From: Octopus sinensis
Lineage: Eukaryota
DNA length: 64,000 nucleotides
Reading direction: 5' to 3'
NCBI RefSeq assembly: GCF_006345805.1
Contig: NC_043018.1
Span: 17,732,001 to 17,796,000, forward strand
Under the pieces are notes generated by a model. That model worked only from the letters and a program-made list of their open reading frames with translations. It was not told the origin of the DNA and ran no database searches. Of this stretch, positions 24,768 through 37,787 are shown one piece after another (positions within the stretch are counted from its first letter, which is position 1; every line of letters starts with the position of its first letter). A program made the translations under genes and the position numbers.

Positions 24768-26743
24768 TATACCTTCAGATATCCGCACACAAGAGAATGC
24801 ATTAATAATCTGAACGTAGATAGTATTTTAAACGAACACACATACGTATACATGAGTGTGTGCGTCTGTCCGCGGGATGTACGTAAGAACAAAGCTCGTC
24901 AAAGACTGATGCCTACAGTTGCAAGAAGACTTAGGATCATTTTCCATCATTCCATGCTTTTCGTATGCAAGCCGGCGGGGCTCGCTCTGAGCACTCTAAT
25001 TTTTTCACAGTGAACGTACCGGCCGCCTCGAACACTAGATGACAAGTCGATTCGGTTAATCGTCTAATATGTTTGTCTTTTAAAACCAGAAGAAATGTGT
25101 GTGGATGTTAATCATGAACGCAGCAAGATTTGAACGCATAAGAGTTGGAAATTACAACTAAACTGGAATAAAATTGACTGAACATTTTATATATCTGCAT
25201 TGATCCTTCAATCCACCTCACGATACACTTTCACGGGCATTAATTCTTTTATTAAATGTTCAATATACGAAGCAAAAGGTCCTACGGATCTACCAATTCT
25301 TTTCCATTCGGTGAATAATTTGTATTAAAGTATTAATTACATTTTTAAGTAGTTTTACAAGATACATATACATAATACATACATGCCTACGTACATATAA
25401 TGGTTGACGTGTTAATGGAAAACAATATGAAGCTATTGTTTATTTTTCTTTTTACTTTTTTTCAGTTTCCAGTAGAATATAAAACACTCACAGTTGAGTA
25501 TGTTTGCATTGAAGTGTTTACAATAGATAAATATACTTAATTTTACTGCTTAGAATTAAATAGAATCATATCATTTAATCATGAGAGATATGAAAGTGCG
25601 CATATCACTCAAGCTGAGTAAAATTTTATATTAGATGTATTTTATATAACTTCTGATATTGCTATTTCTGTTTCGCAATTAATTTTCCGAAAAGGAAACA
25701 AGGAAAATATTAATACATGATTGAAACTAGGTAGTATTAAAAGGTGGAAATGCGGTTAATAGAAAGTAAATAGCTTTGATAGAAAACACAGAATCTGTTT
25801 ACAAAAGATGTAAACTCGTTTACAAATTGTTCTTGCATATCATGGCTTATAATTCAAAAGAAAATTGAACAATAACCTGCATCCAAGTATTTCATATCTG
25901 ATGATTAAATAATATTGAAATGAAGGTTGAAATAATTTAATATTTCACAGGAAGAAAGAAAATAATTTCGACGGCAACAAACAATGAAATATTAACACTG
26001 ATTTTCATGAAGAACTTTCAGTATTAGAATTATGCCATCCCACAGGATTTCTATACGTAAATATTGAAAACTTAATAGAAACCGTGAGACTAATTCGCGG
26101 CAGTGTATTTCTTGTTATGCTTATTTCATTCTTAATTTACCATTGTTCAGTGATGGAAATAACATTTCTTTCGCACATTATAAAGAAAATTAATCTCACA
26201 CACATGTCTATATACGTAGTATCATCGAGAGAAATTATAGCCCTGAATATAATGAATATCTACATTACTATGCAACGATCAGATTTGAATTGATCCTCAA
26301 GTGTATGTAGGAGGGAGTTTGTCCTGAATAAATATTCTATTTCGGTGAATTTGAGAAATTTTAATTTAATAAAATCTTGAAAGATAGTAAATACTGCGTC
26401 CCATACGGCATGTATGTACGCTAATAAAATTTTCGAAACTAAATGGTATTTCAATATTTTACTGCAATTTCTATTCGGCTATTAATTAAATGTTATTAAA
26501 CAATATTTTAATATAACGTCTTTAAATGGAATAATCAATCAAAGCAATGATTGAACAAACTTAAAGATATCGAAATAAAACATTTTTATCGACATTTAAA
26601 TTGCGAATGTTTCTCAAATATTTAGGCAGCAGCAACACAAATGACATAAAATGCCGTTGATGACGCGCACACACACATACATGTATGTACGTGTGTACAT
26701 CATCAACGGCATACATATATGCATGTTCATACATGAGTATAAC

Positions 26744-26782
<39 letters not shown>

Positions 26783-26838
26783 GGAGTGAGAGAGATAATA
26801 ACATGATAAAGTGATAAAGACCGATCGGATCTGTGCCT

Positions 26839-26887
<49 letters not shown>

Positions 26888-26939
26888 ATTTATGTATGTA
26901 TGTATTTATGTATATATGCATGTATGCATGTATGTATGC

Positions 26940-27450
26940 GCCTCTTATCTGTCAATCTCTTTCCCTCTCTTGTTCATCATCCTTTCTGGTTTTCTCTCCC
27001 ACCCTTCCATATTCTTCTCCTCTCCTCTTCACCGTTCCCTCTTTCCCTCTTTCACCATGACTCTCTCGTCGCTGACACGTGACAAAAGGGAATCTATCTT
27101 TCTTTCCATTTCTTTCCCAAAGACAAGACGTGCTTTTACCTGTCTCCTCTCATAAGCTCGTCCTCCTAGCGTTCATAATAACTTTCCAATCGTCTTCACT
27201 TAACAGCCCTCACCGTTTGTTTTTACTGTCTTGTTCTCACTGTCCTGTTCTTGTTACCACTTTCACCCTCCGCAAAATATCCCAAATTTTATTTAATTTG
27301 CTTTGCGGGAAGGAATATTTCACGAAATCGCCTCTTGTCCTTATCTTCGAAACACGGAGTAGATGAAACAGGGACAGCTGATAAAGGGGAATATTCTTTA
27401 TGTTGCATGTCTCGTTTCTCTTTTTTGATTATTTGTTATTTCTGAATTAG
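26940..27450. repeat. unclassified interspersed repeat, homologous (inverted) to 59030-59560
   Basis: Shares GACAGCTGAT(A/G)AAGGG..ATTCTTTATGTT and the following purine/pyrimidine-skewed body with the reverse complement of 59030-59560. Confidence 0.5.
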
Positions 27451-27885
27451 CCAGGTTTGTTCATTCACAACTAATCAACAAGACATATACACATGTGGCG
27501 TTCGTCCTTCCTCTTTTCTGAAAATGGCTCGATTGCCTGCTTTATAAATTTTGGGGGCTTAATAGGCGAATATTAACAATTAGAATATAGCGTCGGCACG
27601 AACCAGCAGCATATTTTTGTTCTTAACATTTGTCGTTCTGTGAATGAGCAATGTTGCGCAAGATTTTCCAAAATGGAATGATCTAAGTTACACTTTCTCA
27701 AGATCTTTAAAATTTCCTTTTTCATCCATCAGCTGACCGAGAACCAACAGATAATTCCCCAAAGGAACGCTACTTAGGGTTTACTGGAATCGGACAGATA
27801 TATATATGTGTGTGTATGTTATGCAATTCGGCTCTCACTCATAAGATCTTTTCCTGTCTTGAGCAAGGCACTTTACTTCACATTG

Positions 27886-28273
27886 GGTGGAGGCGCAATG
27901 GACCAGTGGTTAGGGCAGCGGACTCGCGGTCGTAGGATCGCGGTTTCGATTCCCAGACAGGGCGTTGTGAGTGTTTATTGAGCGAAAATACCTAAAGCTC
28001 AACGAGGCTCCGGCAGGGGATGGTGGTGCGATCCCTGCTGTACTCTTTCACCACAACTTTCTCTCACTCTTACTTCCTGTTTCTGTTGTACCTGTATTTC
28101 AAAGGGCCGGCCTTGTCACTCTCTGTGTCACGCTGAATATCCCCGAGAACTACGTTAAGGGTACATGTGTCTGTGGAGTGCTCAGCCACTTGCACGTTAA
28201 TTTCACGAGCAGGCTGTTCCGTTGATCGGATCAACCGGAACCCTCGTCGTAACCGACGGAGTGCTTCCACCAC
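27886..28273 (+). mobile_element. tRNA(Arg-like)-derived SINE, family C, 11-bp TSD
   Basis: A-box TGGACCAGTGG, TCG at the anticodon-like position, B-box GGTTTCGATTCCC; ACTTCACATTG at 27875-27885 and 28274-28284. Confidence 0.92.
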
Positions 28274-28474
28274 ACTTCACATTGCGCGATTTCATGCAAC
28301 TACTAAAAATTAAGCTGCACATGTATTTTGAACGGCCACCCTCGTCTCATCTTGTGTTACGCTGAATCACCCTGAGAACTGCGTTAAGCGTTCCGGTTCA
28401 TTTACGTATCACGAGCTGGTTGTTCCAGCGATCAGATCGACTGGAACCCTCGTCGAGGTAACAGGCGGAGCAAC

Positions 28475-28700
28475 TATTTCTCTACTACCCACAAAGGGCT
28501 AAACACAGAAGGGACAAACAAGGACAGACAAAGGGATTAAGTCGATTATATCGACCACAGTGCGTAACTGGTGATTGTTTAATCGACCCCGAAAGGATGA
28601 AAGTCGACCTCGGCGGAATTTGAACTCAGAACGTAGCGGCAGACGAAATACAACTAAGCATTTCGCCCGGCGTACTAACGATTCTGCCGGCTCACCGCCT
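28475..28700 (-). mobile_element. SINE family B monomer with degenerate 16-bp TSD
   Basis: TAACAGGCGGAGCAAC (28459-28474) vs TAACAGACGGAGTACC (28701-28716), 13/16. Confidence 0.88.
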
Positions 28701-29229
28701 TAACAGACGGAGTACCATACACGCACACACGCACACGCACACACACACGCACTCCACACACACACACACACACAACATCACCCCACTAAGTACTCCATAA
28801 TAATACAGACACGCTACTCCTAACGCAAACCTGCGCACACATATAAAATACATATAAACGCATATACACTTCACACACATACACAAACGTTTCTCACACG
28901 CACACTCACACGAGCGATTGCCAATTTCGCACTCACTCGCCTTCGCAAGGGATATATTCTATTTCTCTTGAAATTTCTGCCATTTATTTTCTAACCATAT
29001 AATGAACACGTGCTTTTATGAGGACTATCTGCACTTTCCTGTTTTTTTGTTTTGTTTTGTTTTGTTTTGTTCTATTCTGGACTTCTATTTCAGACGAAGA
29101 GCCATGGTCGAGACGTCATTTCCATTTTTCCATTTAACATCGTCCCTAAGTGTCAATCTAATACATAAAATTTATACAACCCAATTCTCTTTTGTTGTTT
29201 GCTCCCGGGTTTTTTCTATTATGGATTTG

Positions 29230-29503
29230 TTTATATCTATCTATCGATTTATCTATCTATCTATCAATCTATCTATCTATCTATCAATCTGTGTGTATGT
29301 ATGTATTAATCTATCTATCTAGCTAGCTGTGGATGTATGTATGTATGTATGTATGTACGTATGTATCGATCTATCTACTTATCTGTCTGTCTATGTATCT
29401 ATCTATTTAACTATCTATCAATGTCTGTATGTATGTATGTATATATTTATCTATCTATGTATCTATCTGTAGATGTATGTATGTATGCGTCTATCTATCT
29501 ATC

Positions 29504-29562
<59 letters not shown>

Positions 29563-29570
29563 TTATCTAT

Positions 29571-29636
<66 letters not shown>

Positions 29637-29653
29637 GTCTATCTATCTATCTA
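29230..29653. repeat. (TATC)n/(TATG)n array
   Basis: Direct. Confidence 0.95.
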
Positions 29654-30335
29654 CAAGCATGTGAGCAAGTGTAACTTTTGTAAGGTTTCTCCCAATGACC
29701 TGCAGCCATGTTTGACACCAATTTGAAGAAGAAAAATTACTTTTTGAATTCGTTTATCATTTTATCCCTCTTTAACAAACATCTGCATAACGATACAGAA
29801 CTAAAAACGTACACAGAATTGTACATACATACAAACACACATGTGTGCAAGTATACTTACAAACACACATATACAGTTGCCCACTCTTCAGGCGCCGCAA
29901 ACCAGAAGATCGTGGAAACATTACCTAGTTCAAAGTTAATGGTCGAGGGATGGAAATAACAACACGTGGATCGTGCCCTAGAACCCATTGCTGTCTAAAA
30001 CATTGCAGAACCATGTTAATGTTGAGTCATGCAACTCTATAAAAAAGACTATTAAATATATATGTAAGTAGATCGATAAGGACTCAGATTGGATATTTAT
30101 AACTTGCTGGAAATTCCTAGAAACAAGATACTCTGTAAGACAGTTCGCTATTCTCTTTAAGTTCACAAAGACCTTTTTAAGAGCTACATACTTTGTATTG
30201 TTATTATTGGATTAAATAAAGAAATAGTTATTGGATTAGCGGAACACTTATGAGAACGGAACCAAGGGATAGGCCCAGTGTTTTCCGGGAATTACCGGGT
30301 ACGTTAACTAGTACATATATATAGAGAGACATACA

Positions 30336-30408
<73 letters not shown>

Positions 30409-30415
30409 ATCTATT

Positions 30416-30495
<80 letters not shown>

Positions 30496-30511
30496 TATAT
30501 GTATATATATA

Positions 30512-30687
30512 CATTCTATTTGTATTTTCTATTTTCTATTTTCTCTCCCTGCTTATTTTGTGTTTGGTTTCTGTCGAAGAGCATAGGCTCGAAACGTAAA
30601 CGACTTTCTCACCTCCCCGAGCGTCAAACTAATACATCTGTTTGTTGTTCACCTAGCCATCTTCGTCTCTTGTTTTTTCGTAAATTC

Positions 30688-30692
<5 letters not shown>
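30512..30692 (+). mobile_element. ~180-bp (TA)n-embedded element with hammerhead motif (Penelope-like terminus or retrozyme-like)
   Basis: Related to 40885 and 58711 (GAGCGTC(C/A)A..TAATAC..TTTGTT); (TA)n on both sides. Confidence 0.6.
30567..30602 (+). ncRNA. degenerate minimal type I hammerhead ribozyme motif
   Basis: GUUU-CUGUCGA-A-GAGC(AUAG)GCUC-GAAA-CG-UA-AAC; core A6 changed to U and stem I one base short. Confidence 0.5.
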
Positions 30693-30738
<46 letters not shown>

Positions 30739-30778
30739 GTATGTATGTAGGTATGTATGTAGTGTGTGTGAGTGTATG

Positions 30779-30854
<76 letters not shown>

Positions 30855-31392
30855 GTATATATATAAATGTGTGTGTGTATGTATATATGCATGCATATTT
30901 GGGTGTTTTTTTTATGTATGTACCTCGTGCATTAGTTGCATATCTATATATCTCTCGCTCCATTTATCCATTTACTCATCCGCTAATTATATATCTTGGC
31001 ATCTATCTTTCTTTAATACGGTGCTGTAGTTAGTGTCATAACTAAGAGTTCCGTTGTAATTTCATTAATGTTTAGAAGAAAATCAATTGTTTCTCACTTC
31101 ATTTCAAACATTTCTCATCAATTGTAGAATGGGAAGAACGAACATGTTTTATAAAACTTATCACAAGAATTGTCGATATTTTAAATATTCAATTTTCTTT
31201 TTCTCACCAATGTCGAAAATCGACTTAACTTGTGAAAGAAGTGCCACATGACTGGCGAAAACAATACAAATGACCTAATTTCTCATAATCTAAATATGTC
31301 ATATAGATACGACAGTGATTAACATATGCTTATTAATATATATGTATAGATATATAAGTATGTGCATGTGTCCATGTATGTGGTTTTGTGTA

Positions 31393-31442
<50 letters not shown>

Positions 31443-31759
31443 ATATATATACGTATATACATAGATAGATAGATATATAGATATAGATATAGATATATAT
31501 GTATATATACATGTACTTTCTTAGACAGGTAGACAGAGTTATATAAAATTAAGCATACACTAAAAGCAGGTATACCGAAGGGTACTAGATTAATAAACAT
31601 ATATGTCACACACACACTCAGACATCTATATCTATCTATCAACCTATATATATATAAAATTACTGATAGCAAAAGATGGGATGATGTGGCGTTCAGTAAT
31701 TCCCTAATTGAAAAATGCATTAAATACTAAAAAAGCGTAGAGGTAGGATAGACACAGAA

Positions 31760-32545
31760 GGACCCCAATTCTTCATCAGAGGAATCAACCGAAAATACTA
31801 ATGCCGAGTTGCGTGCCTTTAACGATAAGACGGAACTTTCTATATCCGCAGCAACTGCAAGATTTGCGTAGAATTAGGGGTCGAGCAAATAGAACAATAT
31901 ATGGAGGAAAAACTTCAGTTCCTAGCCCATCTGTTTCCTGGAGGCCTTCTGACACGACGAAAACAGTGAAGTTCGAGGTAAGAGTCTCATGCTTTAAGAT
32001 ACATACAAAGTGATGGTTCAAAAAAGTTGGTTGAATTTGACGGTAACTTGGATAAAGCCAAATACATGCAGTTTCTAAATGACAGGTTGATATCAGACTT
32101 GGATGAAGGCGAGATTTTCCAGCATGACAGGGCTAAACACCGCGTGCAGCACAACAGAATCTGGCTGATGGAGGTGTTACCGTATTGAACGATAGGCCAC
32201 TTCAGAGACTTGACTTAAATATCGTAGAGTAAATGTTGAGAGAACTAAAGAAAAGAGCTCGTTAGAGAAATCCATGCAATGTTGAAGGGTTGTATAGGGT
32301 CAACTACGGAGAATGGCATCTTCTACGCGTGAAAATGGTGAAGGATTTGTACACATCGATTCTCAGGCACATTGCAGCATTTATTCAAGCTAAGGGAAGC
32401 CACAAGAAATATTAACAAAGTACAGGAACGTCTAGAAACGGACAATATGTAACAAAATTTCATTATAAATATCAGTCTCGTTTAAAACATTGTTTCTTGA
32501 TTAATTTATGCGTGGTGGTCGAAAACTTTCGCACGGCCATTTTTG
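31760..32545 (+). mobile_element. Tc1-type DDE transposase remnant
   Basis: With frameshifts: KTVKF..KSLM..YIQSDGSKKLVEFDGNLDKAKYMQFL..EIFQHDRAKH..DLNIVE..RHIAAFIQAKGSHKKY* (stop 32413-32415), i.e. FQ.D, DLN..E and AKG..KY motifs. Confidence 0.8.
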
Positions 32546-32737
32546 TTTAACCTTCTCACGTCATACCCTCTCATTTAAAAGCCCTTCTACAAAATGTAAT
32601 GATTAGGTATGGAAATGACTCCCACTGGTCGAATGTTTCATCTTTTAAGAAGACGGAATGCGATACCTCCACATATAAAAAGGCAATTAGACATTTACAA
32701 AAGTTTCAAGGGACGAAGACTTTTTCAATCTAGTGTA

Positions 32738-32776
<39 letters not shown>

Positions 32777-32998
32777 TATATATATATATTTGTGTGTGTG
32801 TGTGCTTATGTGTGAGTGTGTTGAACATATATTAAACATGAATTGAATATATATTGTATAATTATATATATTATATAGATCAAATTATCCTTCACTTGAA
32901 TTATATTATATTTTTGTATATTTTCACCTTATCTATATTCCCCTATGTATAAATATTACATATATATGTATAATAATATATATCCACATATTTAATGT

Positions 32999-33056
<58 letters not shown>

Positions 33057-33272
33057 TCTTATATGGATATATAAATATGCATATGCATATATGCGTACAT
33101 ATATGAAAAGGAATTATACTAAAATATTATACGATCGAAATAAAGAATAATTTAATCTACATAATATATGTAATAGATTTATTCAATATATATTCAATTC
33201 ATTTTAATATATGTTCAAATATCTATAAATATATAAATATATAAAAAGAAATAAATATATATATATATATAG

Positions 33273-33305
<33 letters not shown>

Positions 33306-33470
33306 TATATATCTGCACAAGTTTTCTCTGACGTATATATTTAACTGTTCAGTGTATTTAAAACTATGAAACAGTTCCCTGCTCATATTTCAAATAATAT
33401 ATATCAATGAAAATGCCCATTTACAGTAGGGTTTGTTGATAATATCCTGCATATAATATAATATATATAG

Positions 33471-33515
<45 letters not shown>

Positions 33516-33517
33516 AG

Positions 33518-33805
33518 TGTAAATACTATATGTAGCAATTATCAGGAATCCTTGATAAAACTCCTTGTTTCGGATCACGGGGCGGAAACCCACGTCAGCA
33601 TCTTTTCAGTTATCGGGCCATCGATAAAAATGCTATTCAGAATCCAAATATTACGATATCAAAATACATTAGCGGTCATTTTCATAGCACTTTTTTTTTC
33701 GATGCCTCGATGACTAAAGAGATGCCGGCGTGGATTTCCGCCCCTACATCCGAAACTCGGAGTTTTATCATGGCTACTGAATAATTGTCACATATTATAT
33801 TTACA
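33518..33805. mobile_element. long inverted repeat (arms ~120 bp, spacer ~50 bp): MITE-like or inverted retroelement terminus
   Basis: Left GATAAAACTCCTTGTTTCGGATCACGGGGCGGAAACCCACGTCAGCATC vs reverse complement of right GATAAAACTCCGAGTTTCGGATGTAGGGGCGGAAATCCACGCCGGCATC. Confidence 0.8.
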
Positions 33806-33904
33806 AATTTACAAATAAATTCCTCTATTTACATAATATCGAGGTCTCCTTCATTCTGTTGTTATCTTCCGTTTCTATCAATATATATATGTGTGTGTGT
33901 GTGT

Positions 33905-33963
33905 TAATAATAGATAGATAGATAGACAGATAGATAGAAAGATAGATAGATAGATAGATAGAC

Positions 33964-34027
<64 letters not shown>

Positions 34028-34028
34028 T

Positions 34029-34093
<65 letters not shown>
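33905..34093. repeat. (GATA)n array
   Basis: Direct. Confidence 0.95.
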
Positions 34094-34094
<1 letters not shown>

Positions 34095-34557
34095 AAGGGA
34101 GAGACAGAGATGCATGTATATATACATATATACACCCGGAATTTATACATATATACATGTATATACATATATATTATATATACAGATATATTTTAACTGT
34201 TCATTTTAATCAGAAGTTTGTTCGTTGAAAAATATAGAATGCTCATTAGGAACCTATGTACGCTGCATTTATCCTATTAAATTAAAAACATTACAAAGAT
34301 TGTTTGTTTTATTGTAATACATTATTTTGTGTTGGTTTATACGAAATTCGCATCTGCTTTCTTAATGAAATATCGGGTGGGTTAATTAATGAACCGAAAC
34401 ATGAATTAGGTATAGCCAACAAATATATCTCGTGTATTATATTTTCAAAGGTGAAGAAACAGAATATGTATTTTGATATCGTAATATGTTTATTCTAAAT
34501 GTTGATTGTTCACTATGAATATACATACGTACACCCACACCCACAGAGACCCATGTG

Positions 34558-34601
<44 letters not shown>

Positions 34602-34739
34602 ATATATATATATTCTTATTTATATCATATTAAATAGACATAGTACATACATATTTAACACATACATACATGCATACATATACACATATATATATAATAT
34701 ATATATATTCATATATATACAATATATGTATATATATAT

Positions 34740-34791
<52 letters not shown>

Positions 34792-36394
34792 CATATACAT
34801 ACATATATATATATATACATACACATTCTATTCTTATATATATTATACGCCGTTTGACGTCATAGTATTTTATTCTTCAATAGCCAAGTCTTCCTCCCAA
34901 AAGCCTAATTTTTCTTCCAAAATTGTATTTCCTTCAATTATTCTTGTGTGAAAATAATCACGCATGCAAGCAGATCGTTGTTTTCTTTCAATAATGATTA
35001 ATGAGTAAAGAAGAATCCAGCTAATTATTTTGAAGCACTGATGGGTAATTCATGAAGTTATTGATATCTATTCTTTTATTTATTAATCCTAATAATGTGC
35101 ATTGTGATGTCTGGATGGCGGCCTCATTATTACACAGAATATTAATGTCTTTACAATGTGATTGATTCCGCAAAAAATAATTTGATATTTATGCGAACAA
35201 AATTTGTGGTCGACACAAATTTACATAGTTTTACATAGATTTCATATAGTTAGACATTTTGTCACATTTAGAAACCAGCATTTGTGAATCTTCAGGAAAT
35301 CTTGCAGTGAGCGAATGTGCTAAAATGCGCAAACTTCCGTTAGTAACAACTTTGAGGAATTAAGACGTGTAGTATTATGGACGGGAAAAATCAGAAATTA
35401 TAAAGCAATTCCAAGAATAGACGACACGACATTTAATTTTCGCGTATGAAGTTTTTCATTGTTTCATTAAATAATCACCAAAAGTGAAAATATTAAATTA
35501 AGACAGCGTGTATCTAAAAACGATACCTTATCAGCTCGACAGAAATATTCATTTTTTTTTAGTCGGTAATAAAAGAGAATGATTTCGAAAGTATATCTCT
35601 GAGTTCTTTACCGTTTTTACCGAAGAATGTGGTCAACGAACTGTCTTATACTTTTGAAACCTTGTAAGTAGAACGCGACACCCAGAAACTAGAGCTTGTC
35701 TGTGGGATCGGACAATTGATACAGAATGGTACAGCTTTGTTGCACTGTGTTACGTTGATTCAGCCACAAAATTACTTTAAGAGCACTCATTACTGTAAAA
35801 TACTGAACCGCTTACTTTTTTAATTAAATGGGCAGATAACTCAGTTGATCGAAAAACTGAATCAGTATATTCGAGATCACCGCACATCGGTTTCCTCATT
35901 GTAATTATTTTGCATCCAAAACACAAATATTGCATTTTAATAACAACGCTTCAATACTTTGCAGAAATGACAGCCTTAGTAATCATCGCTATTCTATAAT
36001 TGTGTGGGCGCAGGTTTGATAAATATGGAATTGTCGTGAGATTTGAACTAAAAGCAGACCTGCAATTAATCTGTAGTTTTTAAGGGGCCGACTTGTAAAT
36101 GTACATGTGTTGCTGTCGCCCAGTCGTAGAGAACACTGTTAAATACAATATGTTAATTATCGCGTTTAGATTTCGAATAACCAAGAGCTATCCCACATCA
36201 TTTACTTATCTTGTGTTCAAACAATATTAGCTGCTGCTGTCATAACCACCAATAGTTCCAGCAATAATACAAAGTAATAAACTTCGGTTTTGTTGCCTAT
36301 CTACTTTCACCCTCGTTCCTGACTTTAATATTCGCTTCAGAATTTCGTACAAAGTTAGAAATTTTGGAAGAGGGTTTCGCTCATTTATATCATC

Positions 36395-36556
36395 CCTAGT
36401 GCTCAACTGGAACTTATTTTATCGAGTCCGTCAGGATGAAAGGCTAAGTCGACCCTCCCACCACGACGGAATTTGAACTCAGATCGTGAAGACGACCGAA
36501 ATGCTGCTAAGCATTTATGCCCAAAGTACTAATGATACTCTCAGCTTGCTGCCTCA
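36395..36556 (-). mobile_element. diverged SINE family B copy
   Basis: AACTGGAACTTATTTTATCGA..GGATGAAAGGC..GTCGAC..GGAATTTGAACTCAG..CTAAGCATTT. Confidence 0.7.
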
Positions 36557-36574
36557 ATTTCCTTACTTAATATT

Positions 36575-36973
36575 CCTTTCTGCTCTAGGCACAAAGCTCA
36601 AAATTTAGGGAGAAGGGGTCCAGTCGATTAGATCGACCCCAGTAACCACCTGGTACTTAATTTATCGACCCCGAAAGGATAAAAGGCAAAGTCGACCTTG
36701 GCAGAAGTTGAATTCAGAACGTAAAGACAGACGGAATACCTATTTCTTTATTACCCACAAGGGGCTAAATATAGAGGGGACAAACAAGGACAGACAAAGG
36801 TACTAAGTCGATAACATCGACACCAGTGCGTAACTGGTACTTAATTAATCGACCCCGAAAGGATGAAAGGCAAAGTCGACCTCGGCGGAATTTGAACTCA
36901 GAACGTCGCGGCAGACAAAATACCGCTGAGCATTTCGCCCGGCGCGGTAACAATTCTGCTATCTCGCCTCCTA
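36575..36973 (-). mobile_element. dimeric SINE family B (full monomer + headless second unit with tail type 2), 16-bp TSD
   Basis: TTCCTTACTTAATATT (36559-36574) vs TTCCTGACTTAATATT (36974-36989); units joined at shared GGTATT (36735-36740). Confidence 0.85.
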
Positions 36974-37655
36974 TTCCTGACTTAATATTGTAACATCAAA
37001 AGATTTTCACAAATGCCAGTAAAGATAAAAAGAAATATAAAGAACAATACAGCAATTCATTTAATCATAGACACATTTTTCCATAGATTCATACTTATGC
37101 CGAAAAACACCTGAGCATATACGTGTGTGTGTGTATGTGTGTGTGTGTGTGTGTATACGTGCGTGTATAGATGTATGTCTTGTGTGTGTATGTGATAGTC
37201 ATATAGGCAGATATATGCGTTCATGTATGCGGTGATCACTCATGAATATTAAAAAATATTCTCAACACGCACAAATAGCAGGAATGCACACGAGAGGCCC
37301 TGTTCGCAGGATTTACGTCAGGCTATGGTTTTATGGCGTTTCCAGTCCTGTTTTAGATGAAGTGCAATCGATTCGATTAGAAATCGAAATCTGCTGGGGG
37401 TTAAGTCCTGCCATAAAACCATCTTTAACACTGTCTCATTGTACATTTAATATGAAAGCAATTATGCATGCAACGGCAAAAAGGTTATCAATTGAGAAGT
37501 CGATATTAATATCGTTTTCCAGTCAGACACTTTACATGTTTATAGTAACTAGCCAAAGTGATGTCATTGAATATATTGATTTTCAGACGAGCGCAGGTTT
37601 ACAAATTGGTGATTTAGTTATAGCTGATTAAATGGATCTCTTTACATGCTTGCTT

Positions 37656-37787
37656 CTCATTTTATCGACCTTCGAGCATTGAAACGGAAATGTCGATCTT
37701 GGTGAGATTTGAGCTCATAAAGCCACAGGAACAAAATTAAATAGAGCAAGTCTTAGAATATGCAGCTCAATTGTTTCTGCCATTAAT
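37656..37787 (-). mobile_element. very old SINE family B relic
   Basis: TTTTATCGACC..GTCGATCTTGGTGAGATTTGAGCTCA..TTTCTGCCA aligns loosely to family B. Confidence 0.35.

Larger units (their letters stand above)
27810..28716 (+). mobile_element. old SINE sharing its 3' half with family C; host of two younger SINE insertions
   Basis: TTGAGCAAGGCACTTTACTTCACATTG continues after the family C TSD into a diverged family-C-like body (GTTACGCTGAATC..GAGAACT..GGAACCCTCGTCG). Confidence 0.65.

Noticed and set aside
27888-27965. tRNA-Arg-like sequence (also 54433)
   Set aside because: No proper acceptor stem, and it continues into a TSD-bounded SINE body; SINE head, not a tRNA gene.
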